Shown one piece after another: positions 13,701-26,113 of a stretch of DNA of 64,000 nucleotides. Source of the stretch: Moniliella sp. 'wahieum' (Eukaryota); contig RSEE01000033.1 in NCBI GenBank assembly GCA_003971905.1, positions 496,001-560,000 of the forward strand. The letters run 5' to 3'. The notes under the pieces are model-generated. The model saw nothing but the letters and a program-made list of their open reading frames with translations. It was not told the DNA's origin and ran no database searches. Position 1 is the first letter of the stretch, and every line of letters begins with the position of its first letter. The translations under genes and the position numbers were made by a program.

Positions 13701-14606
13701 CTATCAGTTTGGGGCTCAATTGACGATATTGACAGTGGAAAAGCGATCATCCACACCGAGAAAAGGGGGCCAGAGAGAGTTGTTTTGCCGATATAGGAGA
13801 TCGTTTTGTGCGCATATAAGGATGTATCACAACCGTGCCAGTAATTGGATAGACTCGATGTGGGTTCCCCTTTAGGCATACGAGACTCCTAACCGATCGC
13901 TATAGAGACAGAGAGAGCAGCAAATATATGGAGGCTCCGGCGTTATAACAAGGAGGTGCTGCCTATGCCGCCGGTAAGGTGATGAGCGATAATCGATAAG
14001 ATAAACAGCACTGTGTGCTGCAGTGCGCGGTGGACCGGGCGCAGGCATGGGGGCGGTGTGGAGTGTGGTGCTCGGGCGTGCCAGTCTGTTCTGCTGCGCA
14101 GTGCGGCGGCTGGCCTGATGAGGGTGGCTTACATACGCCCCAGCAGCTGATATCAGCTGGCTCAGTGCTGGGGCCGCCGCCTGAGGACGAGCCCGGCGGT
14201 GGCAACACCCGCTGCCATCCACCACCATTCACCATTCAAAACGGCGGCGCTGCTGCCGTCGCTGTCTCCACCATCTCGTGCCCTCTGCCCGTCGTCTTCC
14301 GTAGTGACCGCCCCGTTAGCACCATGCTCCCCCCGCCCTCCATCCCTGCTCGGCCCGCCGAGCACATCGCACTCGCTCCCCGTCGCCGCCAGCACCTCCC
14401 GCGATACCCTCCGCGCGCCCGCCCCTGCCTCCGTCTCAACTGAGCCTCGGCCTACGCAGCCCCCCACGACCTACTCGGGAGCAGCGCTTCGGCCCCTACG
14501 CCCCACTTGACCTGGCCGCTGCACTTGCGCACTTCCCTGCTGCCTCTTCATCCGTTGCCCCCCCCGGTTCTTCATCTGCCACGTTTCCTTCCTCGTCGTC
14601 CCGTCC

Positions 14607-16813
14607 ATGTATGGTCCCCGCTCTCACCCCAACAACATCGAAAACATCTCAAGGCTCAACTCATGGTCTCATATGGAGCGCATTCATCCGTCGCACCATG
14701 CTCGCCCAGCCTCCATCTCCCTTGCTCAGCCCCGTCCCTGGGCTGGAGTGCCCCCCGGCTTTCGCCGCACCGGGCAGGACCCTGGGCCGCGTCGCGGATC
14801 CAGCACGATGACGAGCCGCAATGGGCGGTACGTGCGGGAGATTGCATCGATTAGTGGTATGCCACCGTCAAGTAGCAATGGCGAGCGTCGCCTGACCACG
14901 GCCAACATTAGTTCTGAACGGGGGGAGGCCTTGGCCCAAGTCCCCTGCAAGTTTTTCCGCAGCAATGGTTGTTCGGCTGGAGCAGCCTGCGCTTTTTCCC
15001 ACACGCTCCCCGACGACTTGACCACGCCCAATGCAGATGGAGTAGGATCGGGCACGAACGTTATTTGCCAATGGTTTCGCCGGGGCAATTGCCGTTTTGG
15101 GGCCAAGTGCGCCCTTGCTCACATTTATCCCGGGCAGTCGGTCAGCGTACGTGCGCCCTCTTGGATCCTCTCTTTGTATGGTGCGGTGCTCTAACCTGCT
15201 TGTGCCAACAGGAGGATTTGAGGCTGAAGCGCCCCCCGAATTACCCCACCTCTTCACCGGCACTTGTACCGCCCGCAGTGATGAACAAGGGAATGCACGC
15301 CCCCCACTTCCTACCCAACCCCCCATGGCGATGGCAACCGGACGGCTCCTCTCATTCGGCCGCTAAACAGCCTAGACGCGGGACCGGTTTCAGCGGGTTC
15401 TGGTTCCCCCATGGCGCACTACCCCACTCCGACACATTCGATTGGGGGGTGGTCCGTGGGATTCGACGGTGGGTTCAGCTAGGCCCAATGTACTGAATGG
15501 ATGCGCGGCAGAGCAGGAGCGGGCACGATATACCAACAATTCGCATCACTGGGGCGCAGGGGTGGCCCCAACTGGTCTCTTTACTGGCTCGCCTATCTCG
15601 TCTACTGCCACCAACCATTTCAGCCCCACCGACACGGATCTCGTACCTGACCTTGTTTCGAAAATGGGCTCCCTCAATTTGGACCTGGCCGATCCTGCAG
15701 GCCTCGCCCACGAGGGCCTGCTGCACCCATGGGATCCAACCTCTCGCCCATCAAGTGCCAATTTGGGATCTGGTGTTACCTTTCCATCAGGAGGCCCAGG
15801 TGCAACACAGCGAGGTGCCCCGGTCCCCCCAGCCGTTCTCAGGTGGGGAAGCTGTCGCACATGGCCATCTTCTATGGATGATTCTTCCTCGGACCAATCG
15901 GTTTCGTGGGAGACGGGGCCCGATACGTCCCTTGGGCACAGCCTTGGTTCCGACTCTACCTTCCCAGCAATTGCCTCGCTTCCAAACGACGATAGCTGGC
16001 TGCAGCCGGGATCGTCTTTGGGGACGAGCCTGAGCGGCGGCGGGGGGGTATTTGGGACTTCCTTCTCCGGCTACAGCAATTTATCCGGTGGTTATTCCAG
16101 CACCAGCCAGTTGGACACTGCCCCCATCCTCCCTTCTTCGACAGCACGCAACAGGCATTGGAGCCAATCGGGAACGAACGTGGACCCGTTCGATCCTGGC
16201 TTGCTGCCCTCGGCCTTCACCATTCTAGCTCCACCGCTACAAGCGCTACCCCATCCAGCTTGCGGAGCAACCCTCCTCCGGGTGTACCAGGCGAGAAACG
16301 ATCGTCTTTGAACGGGATAACTACACCCATCGCTCCCATTTTGCTCCCTCCTCAGCAACGAAGGAGGAATCTGCGTCCACCTCCGTGGTTCCCCCCTGGA
16401 CGGGGGATGCGCCTACGTCCCAACAGGGCTCATTCGCCCGGGTGCAACTGATCTGTGGACCACATTTGCCATCTCCCCTTCATCTCCCTCTCGAATCTTC
16501 CCCGGGCACCCCAGGGAGACAGTCCCGCTCTCCTAAAAAAGGCGAGTGAGAGCAATGCGGGTGTCTCACCAGGGAAGTCACTCGGTTCTTGGGGGCAAAG
16601 TGGAAATACCAACAGGTTGGTGACTTCTTTGACCCTTCGCTCCCTTCTTTCTTTGACCCAGTGGTGCGCTCTTCTGTAAGCGCGACCGCCACCCCCTCGT
16701 CCCCGACCCGGCCGGAGAGCAAGAAGGAACGTGCCGAGTTAGAGAAGATGGGATTGTCGGGGCAGAAGCCCATCGCGTCAACCATCCCTTCCTCTCCTGT
16801 TGTCTCGGGTTGA
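14607..16813 (+). CDS. Tandem CCCH zinc-finger protein (Lee1/Cps3-like) with a low-complexity C-terminus; frameshifted
   Basis: VPCKFFRSNGCSAGAACAFSH and ICQWFRRGNCRFGAKCALAH (C-x8/7-C-x5-C-x3-H type). Intron 15147-15211 (GTACGT..CTAAC..CAG). Downstream pieces 15442-16311 and 16589-16813 lie in shifted frames; start and end approximate. Confidence 0.75.
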
Positions 16814-19547
16814 GCGCGACGCGCAGTCGGTTCATGCCTCCCCAAGGGTGAAAGGAGACGAGGAAGGGATCTCTTTGAATAACTTTGTGCCATGTCCCGA
16901 AGGGCGCTCCCTCGGGCCAAAAGCATAACGACCCTCAAGGCCGCGCACACATGGGTCCTCTTCATTGCCGTTACTATCACTTTGGGATTACTTTCGAGCT
17001 GGAAGATCGTGTACTTTTATACAAAACCGTTTATCGCTGTGTATTCTTGCTCCCGTTGCTCTGACCCCGTTCACGTACGCCCGCTCCCACTGTGTGCAAC
17101 TTCCACAACATGCTCCCGTACTGCACCCCCATCCTGCTTTGTATTCGTCCCGTGGACTTTTGTCAGCCGAACGCACTGTTGCTGCTTTCGGCGCCAACGT
17201 GAAGTTAATATGAATTTCGTCTCTCTGCATTCTGCTCCCTGTGAGCTGTCACTGTGACAACCCCTCGAGTAGGGTCGCCTTGTGTATGATTGGTTTATTT
17301 TTTGCCAAAGCGCTGTCCCAAAGAAGAATAGGCACACACTCACACACCGACCCTGCTTGCTCTCAGCTTCTGCCCTGAGTGGCTTCTTGGCCTCTAGTCG
17401 TTTTCAGTGAGCGCTACATATCCTTCACCGATCCTGGCCGATGTGACCACTACCCATCATACCTATAGAAGCATGGAGGTAATCAGAGGCCATGTTGATA
17501 CCTCAGAGGGTACCTTCTTATTGCAAAGCCACTGGTGGGGAAAACGATAGGTTTTGTTATCCTCTTTCCTCCCCCCGGATTCTCGATCGTCTACAGTGTG
17601 GTTCATCTGCGCGTTGTATGCTCTCCTTTCACCTCTCAGGAGCTGAGGCAAAAGCTGAGGCACGAGGTGACAATGACGATGCATGCCACAAGAATATGAA
17701 TGAGTGTATGCAACAGAAGGCCGATGCACAGGCAGGTGTGGGTATTAATGAGCGCGATGATGATTCACGAATCACTAGTCACTTCTCCATTACTCTCTGT
17801 ACCGAATCGACGTCGAAGCAGAGCGCACATCAGATGCACATATCACACAGGAGATGGATCACATGACGCTGGAAGCGCTGCTAAAACCTGATCAAAAGGG
17901 CGAGGAAAGTTGTTGTGCCGATCGAGATGTAGAGAGAAGCATTCTATACCAGGGTGTCGTCTCCAACTTGAACCTGTGTCGATAATAGGCCCAAGGCTAA
18001 GTATGCCCAAGTCTTAAAGGCTTGCAAGCGCTTAGTGCTTAAAAGCTCAACACGTGAGTGAGCACCCCACGCGTGACATCACACTTGCTCTCACGCGACG
18101 CGTCACGCGTCACAGATCTCATGCATCATGCATCATGCATCATCCCTGTTGAATAAAGCGGCGTGGACGTTTGCGCAATGTTCTGACGAAGCGGGCGTGC
18201 CATGGGCGTAAGAGGAGTCACCCGCGCACATGGGTGATACATTCCCTCCAGCGTGGAACGGTGGACCGGCGGCTGCGGTGGCAACGGGGGAACGGTGGCT
18301 GAGGTGGCGAGCAAACACCAAGCACCAAGCACCTGACCGGGCCCTTGGCCCGGTGGTCCTCTAATGTATATATCATCGATCATCGAGCATCGACATCATA
18401 CATCACATGCAGTATCCATCACCCATCAATGCATCAGCTTCGACCCCAATATATCGTCAGGCCTCAGGCCCTCAGGCCTTCAGGGAGGAGATGGTTGAAG
18501 TTGGAGCTTCCCAAGTCGGGTTAATGGACGTCGAGATGTAAGAGTCGGGCGAATACGAGTGAGACCGAGTACCAAGGGAAGCCAAGGCACTGGTAGGAGA
18601 GGGGAGAACAGGATCAGCGGAAAGAGTGGTGAGAAGATTCCCCTGATTAGCTAAGAGACGTGAACGAGATGCATCAATATTCAATGGCGCTCGGGCGTTA
18701 ATCTGGAAGCGATGTGGGCGCACCTTTTAGGTTTGCTTCGGTCGGATTATGAGGATGCTGGTGAGAGATCCAAGAAAGAAGATACACGGAGAATAGGTTG
18801 CGCCACACATCCTTACACCACGCCACACTCCCGGTGACCGGTGACCTGCGAGCGATGATCTTGACTTGGCAAGGACTCGGACTGAGCGCGAGTGCTCGCC
18901 AAGCTTGCAGCCCTGACTGCCTTGGCGGGGGGTCACCGGTCACCGGTCACCGGAGAGGTCGCCGTCACATGCACATGTCACATGTCGCATGTCACAATGG
19001 CTCGGACTAGTCGCTGGCGGTGGACAAAAAAAGACAGACGTACTGCGCAGGGTCCGGGGAGCTGAACGGCCCTTTGCCCGACGGCGTCTGTGGCGCTTTA
19101 CCCAAACGGACAAATGTGCGGCGGGCGGGACAACAGTTTGGATAAAATCATACCGGATACTGACGCCGTGCCCAGCTCATGTTAGGCGAGAGTCTCACTC
19201 TGCCGCCGTGCGGAGAGGAGGGGGCGCAGTGTGACGTCGGTCCTGGCTGACTTCGGCACAACTGCACCGCAGCAAATTTTTCAGCCTCCGTCGCGGTGTT
19301 GTGTGGGTCGCGCTCCGAGGTACGCAGAATAAAACGTTCGGCCTCCTCGGGCAAGGATCTGCCAACGCGTGTGGAGAGGGGCGGGGTGCTGGTGTTCAGG
19401 TTGAGGAGACACTTCGAGCCCTGCGCCCGAGAGAGCGATGGGCACGGACTTATTGTGCGCGAACGCGGGGATATATACAGTTTTCTATTGGCATTGCCTC
19501 ACGCTAGAGTTCCTTCTTCATTCCGACCACTGGGCATCTGTCTCAAC

Positions 19548-21097
19548 ATGTTCGGCAGAGAACGCACACCATCTCCTGCTCGCACGAATGGAACCAGCTT
19601 CCGCTCTGAGCTGGACAGCAAGATCCCCGAAAAGGGGGATATCGAGGAATTGGGGACGGTTCGACGAGGGACAAGGCCCCTCCCTGGAAAAACCGCCAGT
19701 CGAGGAGCGCGGCGTATTCGAAGTTGAAGACGGCGAAGATGGAGTAAAACTTATGGGGTGGAAGTTTGCTTCTGTCCTCGTCGTTAAGGTGGCGTACGGA
19801 ATTGGTGTCATGGGCATTCCCCCACCTTCTCTACCCTCGGCTTTGTTGGCGGCATCATCTGTCTCCTGGTGCTCTGGTGTCTGAGCACACTCAGTGCAGT
19901 GTATGTTGCTCGGGTACGAGTCCGTCACCCTCAAATTCACACATTGCCGATTTTGGTACTATCCTTGGTGGCCCAGCAATGGGGGAGGCATTCGGAGCGA
20001 TCTACATTGTCCTCATGATCCTTGTCGCTGGCTCTTCCATTTCAACCCTGACGATTGCTCTTAATGCGGTCTCATCCCACGCTATTTGCACAGTAGCCTG
20101 GGCCGGGGTGGCCTGCGGTATCGTCTTCATTGCCGGTGCTGCCATGCCTGACATGGAGAGGGTCGCGTTCATCTCTTGGCTCGGGCTGGGCTGCATCTTT
20201 ATCGCCAACTGGGTTTTGACGATCGCGGTGTTGGTCAAGGGAAACCCACCTGACCGCCCGGAGGGCGCCTCTCTTGGCGTATCGGTCAAAGTTTCGGTAC
20301 CTTTCTGGCAGGCGATGAACGCAGTCTGCAGCCAGCTGTTTGCCTGCACCGGCTCGCCCATGTTCTTCTCCATTTCGGCCGAGATGAAGCACCCGGAACA
20401 GTTTATCCGCAGCACGTTAGTCGGCAACACATTCCTTATTGCCAACTATATTATCATTGGTTGCTGCATGTACGCCCGCGCTGGCAAGTACCTTGCTAGT
20501 CCTGCATTCAACACGGCCGGGCACACATTCCGGATCATCTGTTATGCCATTGCTTTGTTCGGCCTGTTTATCTCATGCCTTCTTCTCACCCATTTGGGCG
20601 CCAAGTACATGTTTGTTCGTCTATTGCGGGGAACGCGCCATTTGGCCCACCGGACCAAGACCCATCAACTCGTCTGGACCCTGTGCTTCTTCACCATTCT
20701 TGTCCTTGGTTTCATCCTTGCCATGGCCATCCCTATCTTTTCGCAACTCGTGTCGTTGGTGGGCGCGCTGACGGGTGGGTTGCTGGTGATTGTATTAACG
20801 TCGCTGCTGATGCTCTATGCGCTGTCGGATGACCCTACGGGAGCCAGCGATTCTGCCGTCGAGAAGGACCCCTCGATCAAACAGCCTGGCAGGTCAACAT
20901 GGGTCCGTCAGGCATGGCGTCGCGGCACACGCGGCTGCTTATCAGATCGGATCCACTTTGCTGTCGCGCTCGCAATCATGGCGCTCGGTCTGTTCATTGC
21001 GGCGGCAGGGCTGTACGGGTCGATCGAGTCGATCATCGTAAGCTATGATACTGGGGAGGTGGGACATGCCTTTTCTTGCGCAGACAACTCCGTCTAA
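19548..21097 (+). CDS. Amino-acid permease, AAAP/Aa_trans family (Mtr-like)
   Basis: N-terminal VKLMGWKFASVLVVKVAYGIGVMGIP, then about 10 hydrophobic segments with FFSISAEMKHPEQF, YLASPAF, AIPIFSQLVSLVGAL and a FSCADNS end typical of Mtr-like permeases. ATG at 19548; frameshifts at about 19660-19950. Confidence 0.85.
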
Positions 21098-22148
21098 AGC
21101 CGGCAAGAAATGCACTACGCAACACATGTATGGTGGCCATGCCACTCCTGCGACGGGACCCATCGGAAGAGAGGCACGATGCCTCTGCTGCAGCACACTT
21201 TTACCCTTCTCTTTTTGTTGTTTGTTACTGGCGCGTTGAACGTGCGGTTCCTCGAGTTGCTCTCTTGATATCCTTGTGCCACTTGAAGCTTGAAGAAGGA
21301 TGGTGGCACCCACCTCATTTTAATAAGCAGAACGCAGGCCCTCAGCACCTCAGCGCCATTGCATGTAACCCTCTGCATTCTGCACCAATCATCTTGGGAT
21401 CTTCTATGGATCTTTGCTATTGTATTCTCCCAGACCCTAAAACCGCGGTGAGAGTTCCACAAAATGCTTTAAATCGTTCTGTAATAAAGCCTAAGACCTA
21501 AGGCCTAAGAGCAATTGGGATGTGGTTGATATACGCATTGTCGATGATTGATAGGTGGTGGTGATTCTGTAAACGTGTTAGTACTACATACATGTCACCA
21601 CGTAGGTGAACGAAAGCGCATATGGGCACAGATGTAATGATCAAAATTTAATGAGCCATTGACGATATCATGGTGGTGGCACTTGTGGTCTTCCGCTTGA
21701 ACGTTGGTGTCACGGGCGGGCGCCGCCAGGGGGGCCGCCCTGGGGTTTTTTGGGGTACAATCCCTTAGGCGACGGTAGGTCGACTCACGGTAGTTTCGGG
21801 CTTAGGCTGGTTGGTGTGTCCGAGCGGAGCTAGGGACGAGGAGAGGCCTTTGGTGGGGCGGCTGCACGTGTGGCAAGGCTGCGTCTGCACCGGCTTGGGC
21901 CGTAGTAACGTGTCTGAAGCCTCCGGGACTTAGGGACGGGAGGAGGCAGCGGCGGACAAACACTGCCTTAACTGGGACTGGGAATCGCCGCGACCGAAGG
22001 AGGGCTCGCGCGATTGGACTGACGAAGGGCTGGAGGACGAGGTCGGAGGAGATGTCGGACGCTAACAAGAGGAGCTGCCTGTACTGGATCAATTGGCTGG
22101 AAACGGGCAGGAGTCGGACAGGATAGGCGGGAAAGGGACGAAGGTGGA

Positions 22149-22195
22149 GACGAGAGATGACGAGAGATGACGAGAGATGACGAGAGATGACGAGA
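22149..22195. repeat. 10-bp tandem repeat (GACGAGAGAT) x4.7
   Basis: Directly visible perfect repeat. Confidence 0.9.
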
Positions 22196-23801
22196 ATGGA
22201 AGGTGGGGGAAAAGATCCCCATCAACCAGGGGTACAGGCAGGACCAAAAGGGAAACAGATACAAGAGGGGGTGTAGAAAGGAAGACATGTCAAAAGCGGG
22301 GTTGGTCGCCACAGGCGCGACCGAGAAAGGAAACGGAAACGGGGACGGGACGGCAGATGCCGCCACGGCACTGGAAGCTCGGTGGCCTTATTTAGGCCGG
22401 CCGACTTGGACTTGGGCGGGGGGCGACTATTGTCGCACGGAGCATGACCCTTCGGGCCACGGTACTTAATTTAGCCAACCGTCATCACACTTGGTTGGCC
22501 TGCGGTGCACGCTCTACTGGGCATGTGCGGAGCAGGCGGGCCTTAGCTTGGGTCGGACCATCTCGTGTCCGCCGCAACCCGTGACAGTTGGTGTACATAG
22601 GAGCACCACAGAGTGCAGTGGGCCCACAGCGAGTTCGCTTGGACTGTTGCCAACATAATGCCTCAATGCTGGCAGACAACGCACATTCAACATGGCTGAA
22701 AAGCCGCATAGCTAATCCAAAATGCCGGTAACAAGGTTCCGGATAGATTGTGAGGACTACGTGCGAAATTCAAGGTGGGCAAGGCCCACAAGATTGTGCA
22801 CCAGAAATTTCGATTAGCCATGCGTCCTATCGGGGAGACAGGGGAAGAGGCATGACGATAATGAATAAGAGCATAAGGCCAAGTATAATGGGCACGCTAC
22901 CGCCAGAGACACATGCTCCCTGGGTGGCCGTTCTGACTCATACACTCTACTACCCTGCCCCTGGGGGGATGGCTGCTGGTTGATGGCCTAGTACGGAGGA
23001 TGGATGAAAAATGGAAACACGGAAGGGCTCGGCGAGGCTGGGTTGGCGAGGGACGCGGGAGGACAGGGCATAGCCATTGTATGGAAGCGGGCGGACTGGA
23101 GTGGATGTGGCGGCGGTCCCAGCCAATGCCAGCGTCGACGTTGGGGTGGCTGGGACGGACACTCTGGCAAGCGGGGAGTTCAGCCGAAGCGAGCGCTATG
23201 CGGTATGGCGCCATGATCGATGACGTATTGGCCACGGTGTAGCAGCCTGGGGGCACGGGTGCTGCGGCGTGGCTCGAGGCGTGGTGCTGCTGTGGTGTGC
23301 CTTGGCTGCCCCCCTGCCGCTCCGGCGCATGGGCCTGTGAGACGCTCTGTGGGCGTGGCATGTCGGCATGGGGCCAGCACGGCGCTTGCCCTCGCTTGCT
23401 GCGCCGCCCGATTTGGAGTGTTGCGATCGCCAGCACCGCATCAGGAACTGACCGCGTGCCTGCCACCCACCCGCTGACGCGTGACGTGCATCCGGCCACG
23501 GCGTCTGTCACATGTAAGGCATCATGCGTCCCCTCCAGCATGCCCCACTCCCCTGCGCGCTGGTGCCGCTCCGAGGATCAGACACTAGGTCGCTTTGCGC
23601 GGCACCTACACCCTCCCAACACGGGTCTGAACCTGGCGTGCCCCAATCACAGCGGGGGGGCAGTCCTGCCTGCATACGCGTCCCACTGTTCTCCTCTTGC
23701 ACCAGCTACTGGCTACCCCACCTGCCATATACCATCCACATCCACTACGAATCCGCCTCTCCCCCCTCACCCTCCTTCCCCTCCTTTACGCTTTACACCA
23801 T

Positions 23802-23837
23802 CACCACCACCACCACCACCACCACCACCACCACCAC
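23802..23837. repeat. (CAC)12 microsatellite upstream of the cyclin ATG
   Basis: Directly visible, about 100 nt upstream of ATG 23938. Confidence 0.9.
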
Positions 23838-23937
23838 TCCCCCCACCGCCACTGCCGCTACCATCTCCGCTCCTCGCCCCTACACTCTTTTTACCTGGCC
23901 GCCTGCCGCTACCAATCCTCGCTCACCAACCACCAGC

Positions 23938-25523
23938 ATGTCCTCCAGCTCCGACGTGCGTCGGGGGCGCACCTCAACCATCTCTGGCTCCCACTCCTCG
24001 AGCCGGCGTGGCAACCCGATGGCCGCGAACAAGCATCAATCCGGTCTGCCCGCCTTCCATCACAGCCTGTCTGTCCAGCATTCCGTCTTCAATCCACCCC
24101 CAGCAATCCCAGTGCCCGCATTACCCATTGCCCCTACTCTTTCGACCACTCATGCGCTGGCAGAGTCTGCAGCTCCACCTCCCTGCCCCCTTCTCTGTTC
24201 CCAGGCTCAGCCGGACCCACAAGGTCTCTCACGTTTCTCGCCGCACACGCCCCCCTTGTCTCGTCCTGCCTCTGGAAGGCGCGAGCGCATTCGTCAATCC
24301 CGGTCCTCGCGCCATGATATCTTCGACTCAGAGTACCAGGATGAGATTGTAGCACATTTGCATCGCCTTGAGGTGTGTACTTTCCCTTTGAACCCCCGTC
24401 TTGTATCCTGCGCTTTGGGTACTGACTCACGCGACTGGCCTATCAGGAGTCAACGCGGCCCTCGCTCAACCTGATGGACACCCAGCCAGAGGTAACCTGG
24501 TCCATGAGGCCATTCGTGGTGGACTTTATGGTTGAGATGCATTCGGTGTTTGATTTTCGCCCCGAGACGCTGTACGTGGGAGTAGGCCTTCTGGATCGAT
24601 ACTTGAGCAAGCGGGTGGTCCTGAAGAAACACTACCAGCTTGCTGGTGCGACTGCGATGTGGGTGGCGGCCAAGTATGAGGACGAAAAGGATTCGGTGCC
24701 GACGGCGTCCGAGCTGGTGACCATGTGCTGCAATGCGGTGGACGAGTCGGCATTTCACCAAATGGAAGCGCATATTCTGTCTACTGTACAGTACGACCTT
24801 GGACGTCCTTCACATGAGACTTGGCTCCGGCTGTACCTTCACCAGGCTCATCTGCACAAGGGCTCTGACTCGGCAGTGATAAGAGCGGTGGCTCGTATGT
24901 TGCTCGACATCACCCTTTACCACCGCTCCTTGGTCTCCATGGCTCCGAGCCAAATTGCCAAGGGTGCCCTGTACGTGGCCCAGATGCTGCATGGTCGTGG
25001 TAGCGTGGGGGCCTTGTCAGCCACTGATCTCGCCAGGGATCTGCCATTGCAACGGATGGGCAAGGAGGTGTACCGAGCGGTTCAAAAGCTGATGGCAATT
25101 CTTCTGGACGAGGATGTATCGAATATTGTTCGGCGCAAGTATCGCGAAGCATTCCACAAGACCCAGGAGCGCATTCACTTAATGTTTTCACCCAGCCCGT
25201 CTTCGTCGCAGATGCTGAGTCCTAGCCAAATGCGAAGGAGTGTGCTGGCCACACCACCCGCGCGTGGACGAGAGGCTTCTTTGCCCCCTTCCCCGAGTTT
25301 GTGCCTTACTCCAGTAACGGCCATCACTGCCGACGAGGACGATGGAGTGCCGCTCACTCCTTCAAACATGCTTTCCCCTCTGCCGGGAGATGGAGACGTC
25401 TCCATCGACAACGGGATGGACTTGTCTCCCTCAAAGTTCAAGTCATCCAAGTCTGCTGTGCCGTTGGTCGCGCCAGCCATGGGTCCCCAGATTGTCATTG
25501 ACACAGCACAAGGTAACACCTGA
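23938..25523 (+). CDS. G1-type cyclin (Cln1/Puc1-like)
   Basis: join(23938..24372,24447..25523) is in frame. EYQDEIVAHLHRLE|ESTRPSLNLMDTQPEVTWSMRPFVVDF; cyclin box ETLYVGVGLLDRYLSKRVV, HYQLAGATAMWVAAKYED, FHQMEAHIL; SP/TP-rich PEST-like tail. Confidence 0.9.
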
Positions 25524-26113
25524 CCTCACTTGCCACCTTTCCCTTGCCATGCACATGTCCCTTGGCTTCCACTTTTCCTTTTCCGTCCCATCATGCTTTG
25601 CCCTGTCATGTCCTGTCCCGTTCTGTCCTGTTCTTCCCTGTCCGTTGTTCCCGCTCTCGCTGCATCTCACCAGCTTTTCCTTATGCAGGCACCCTTCGAC
25701 CTGCTTCGCTACCCCTCGGGTCGCCACGGCATCTATCACCCTTCGCTTTCGCCCGTTATTAGAGCCTCTTTCCTCTGGTCCCCACTTTGGGCCCCCCTCA
25801 TTTCACTTTAGTCTGTTCATGGACCACGCGTGGGGCACCTAGGGGGGCTTTTTACCAACTATTCAGGCGATCACCGGCGTAGGAGGTCTTAATATATGCA
25901 TGCTTGTTGCCATTTGCTTCCATTCTGGGTGCTGAGCCCACAAATCTAGCCCGAATGCCTTCACCCCTGCTGCCGCATCACCCGCGTGCCCGCCAACACG
26001 ACCTGGGCCAATGCGGCGGTTAGGGTGGGTGAGAGAGGGGTGGACTCTTGGTTGGCCAGTGCGTCGGAGGCCCATTCGACCAAGTCGGACGTGCTCGCAC
26101 GCGCCCCTTCGGA

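Noticed and set aside
21646..21660. ATTTAATGAGCCATT, a 15-nt antisense match to the 18S rRNA GGCUCAUUAAAU region, as a + strand C/D guide
   Set aside because: The flanking boxes are poor (ATGATCA, TTGA), the D+5 register does not fall on the known methylated A, and a match of this length to rRNA can occur by chance in 64 kb.
23297..24352. 351-aa Pro-rich ORF and poly-His/poly-Thr ORFs over the CAC repeat
   Set aside because: Alternative frames through the microsatellite and the cyclin 5' region.
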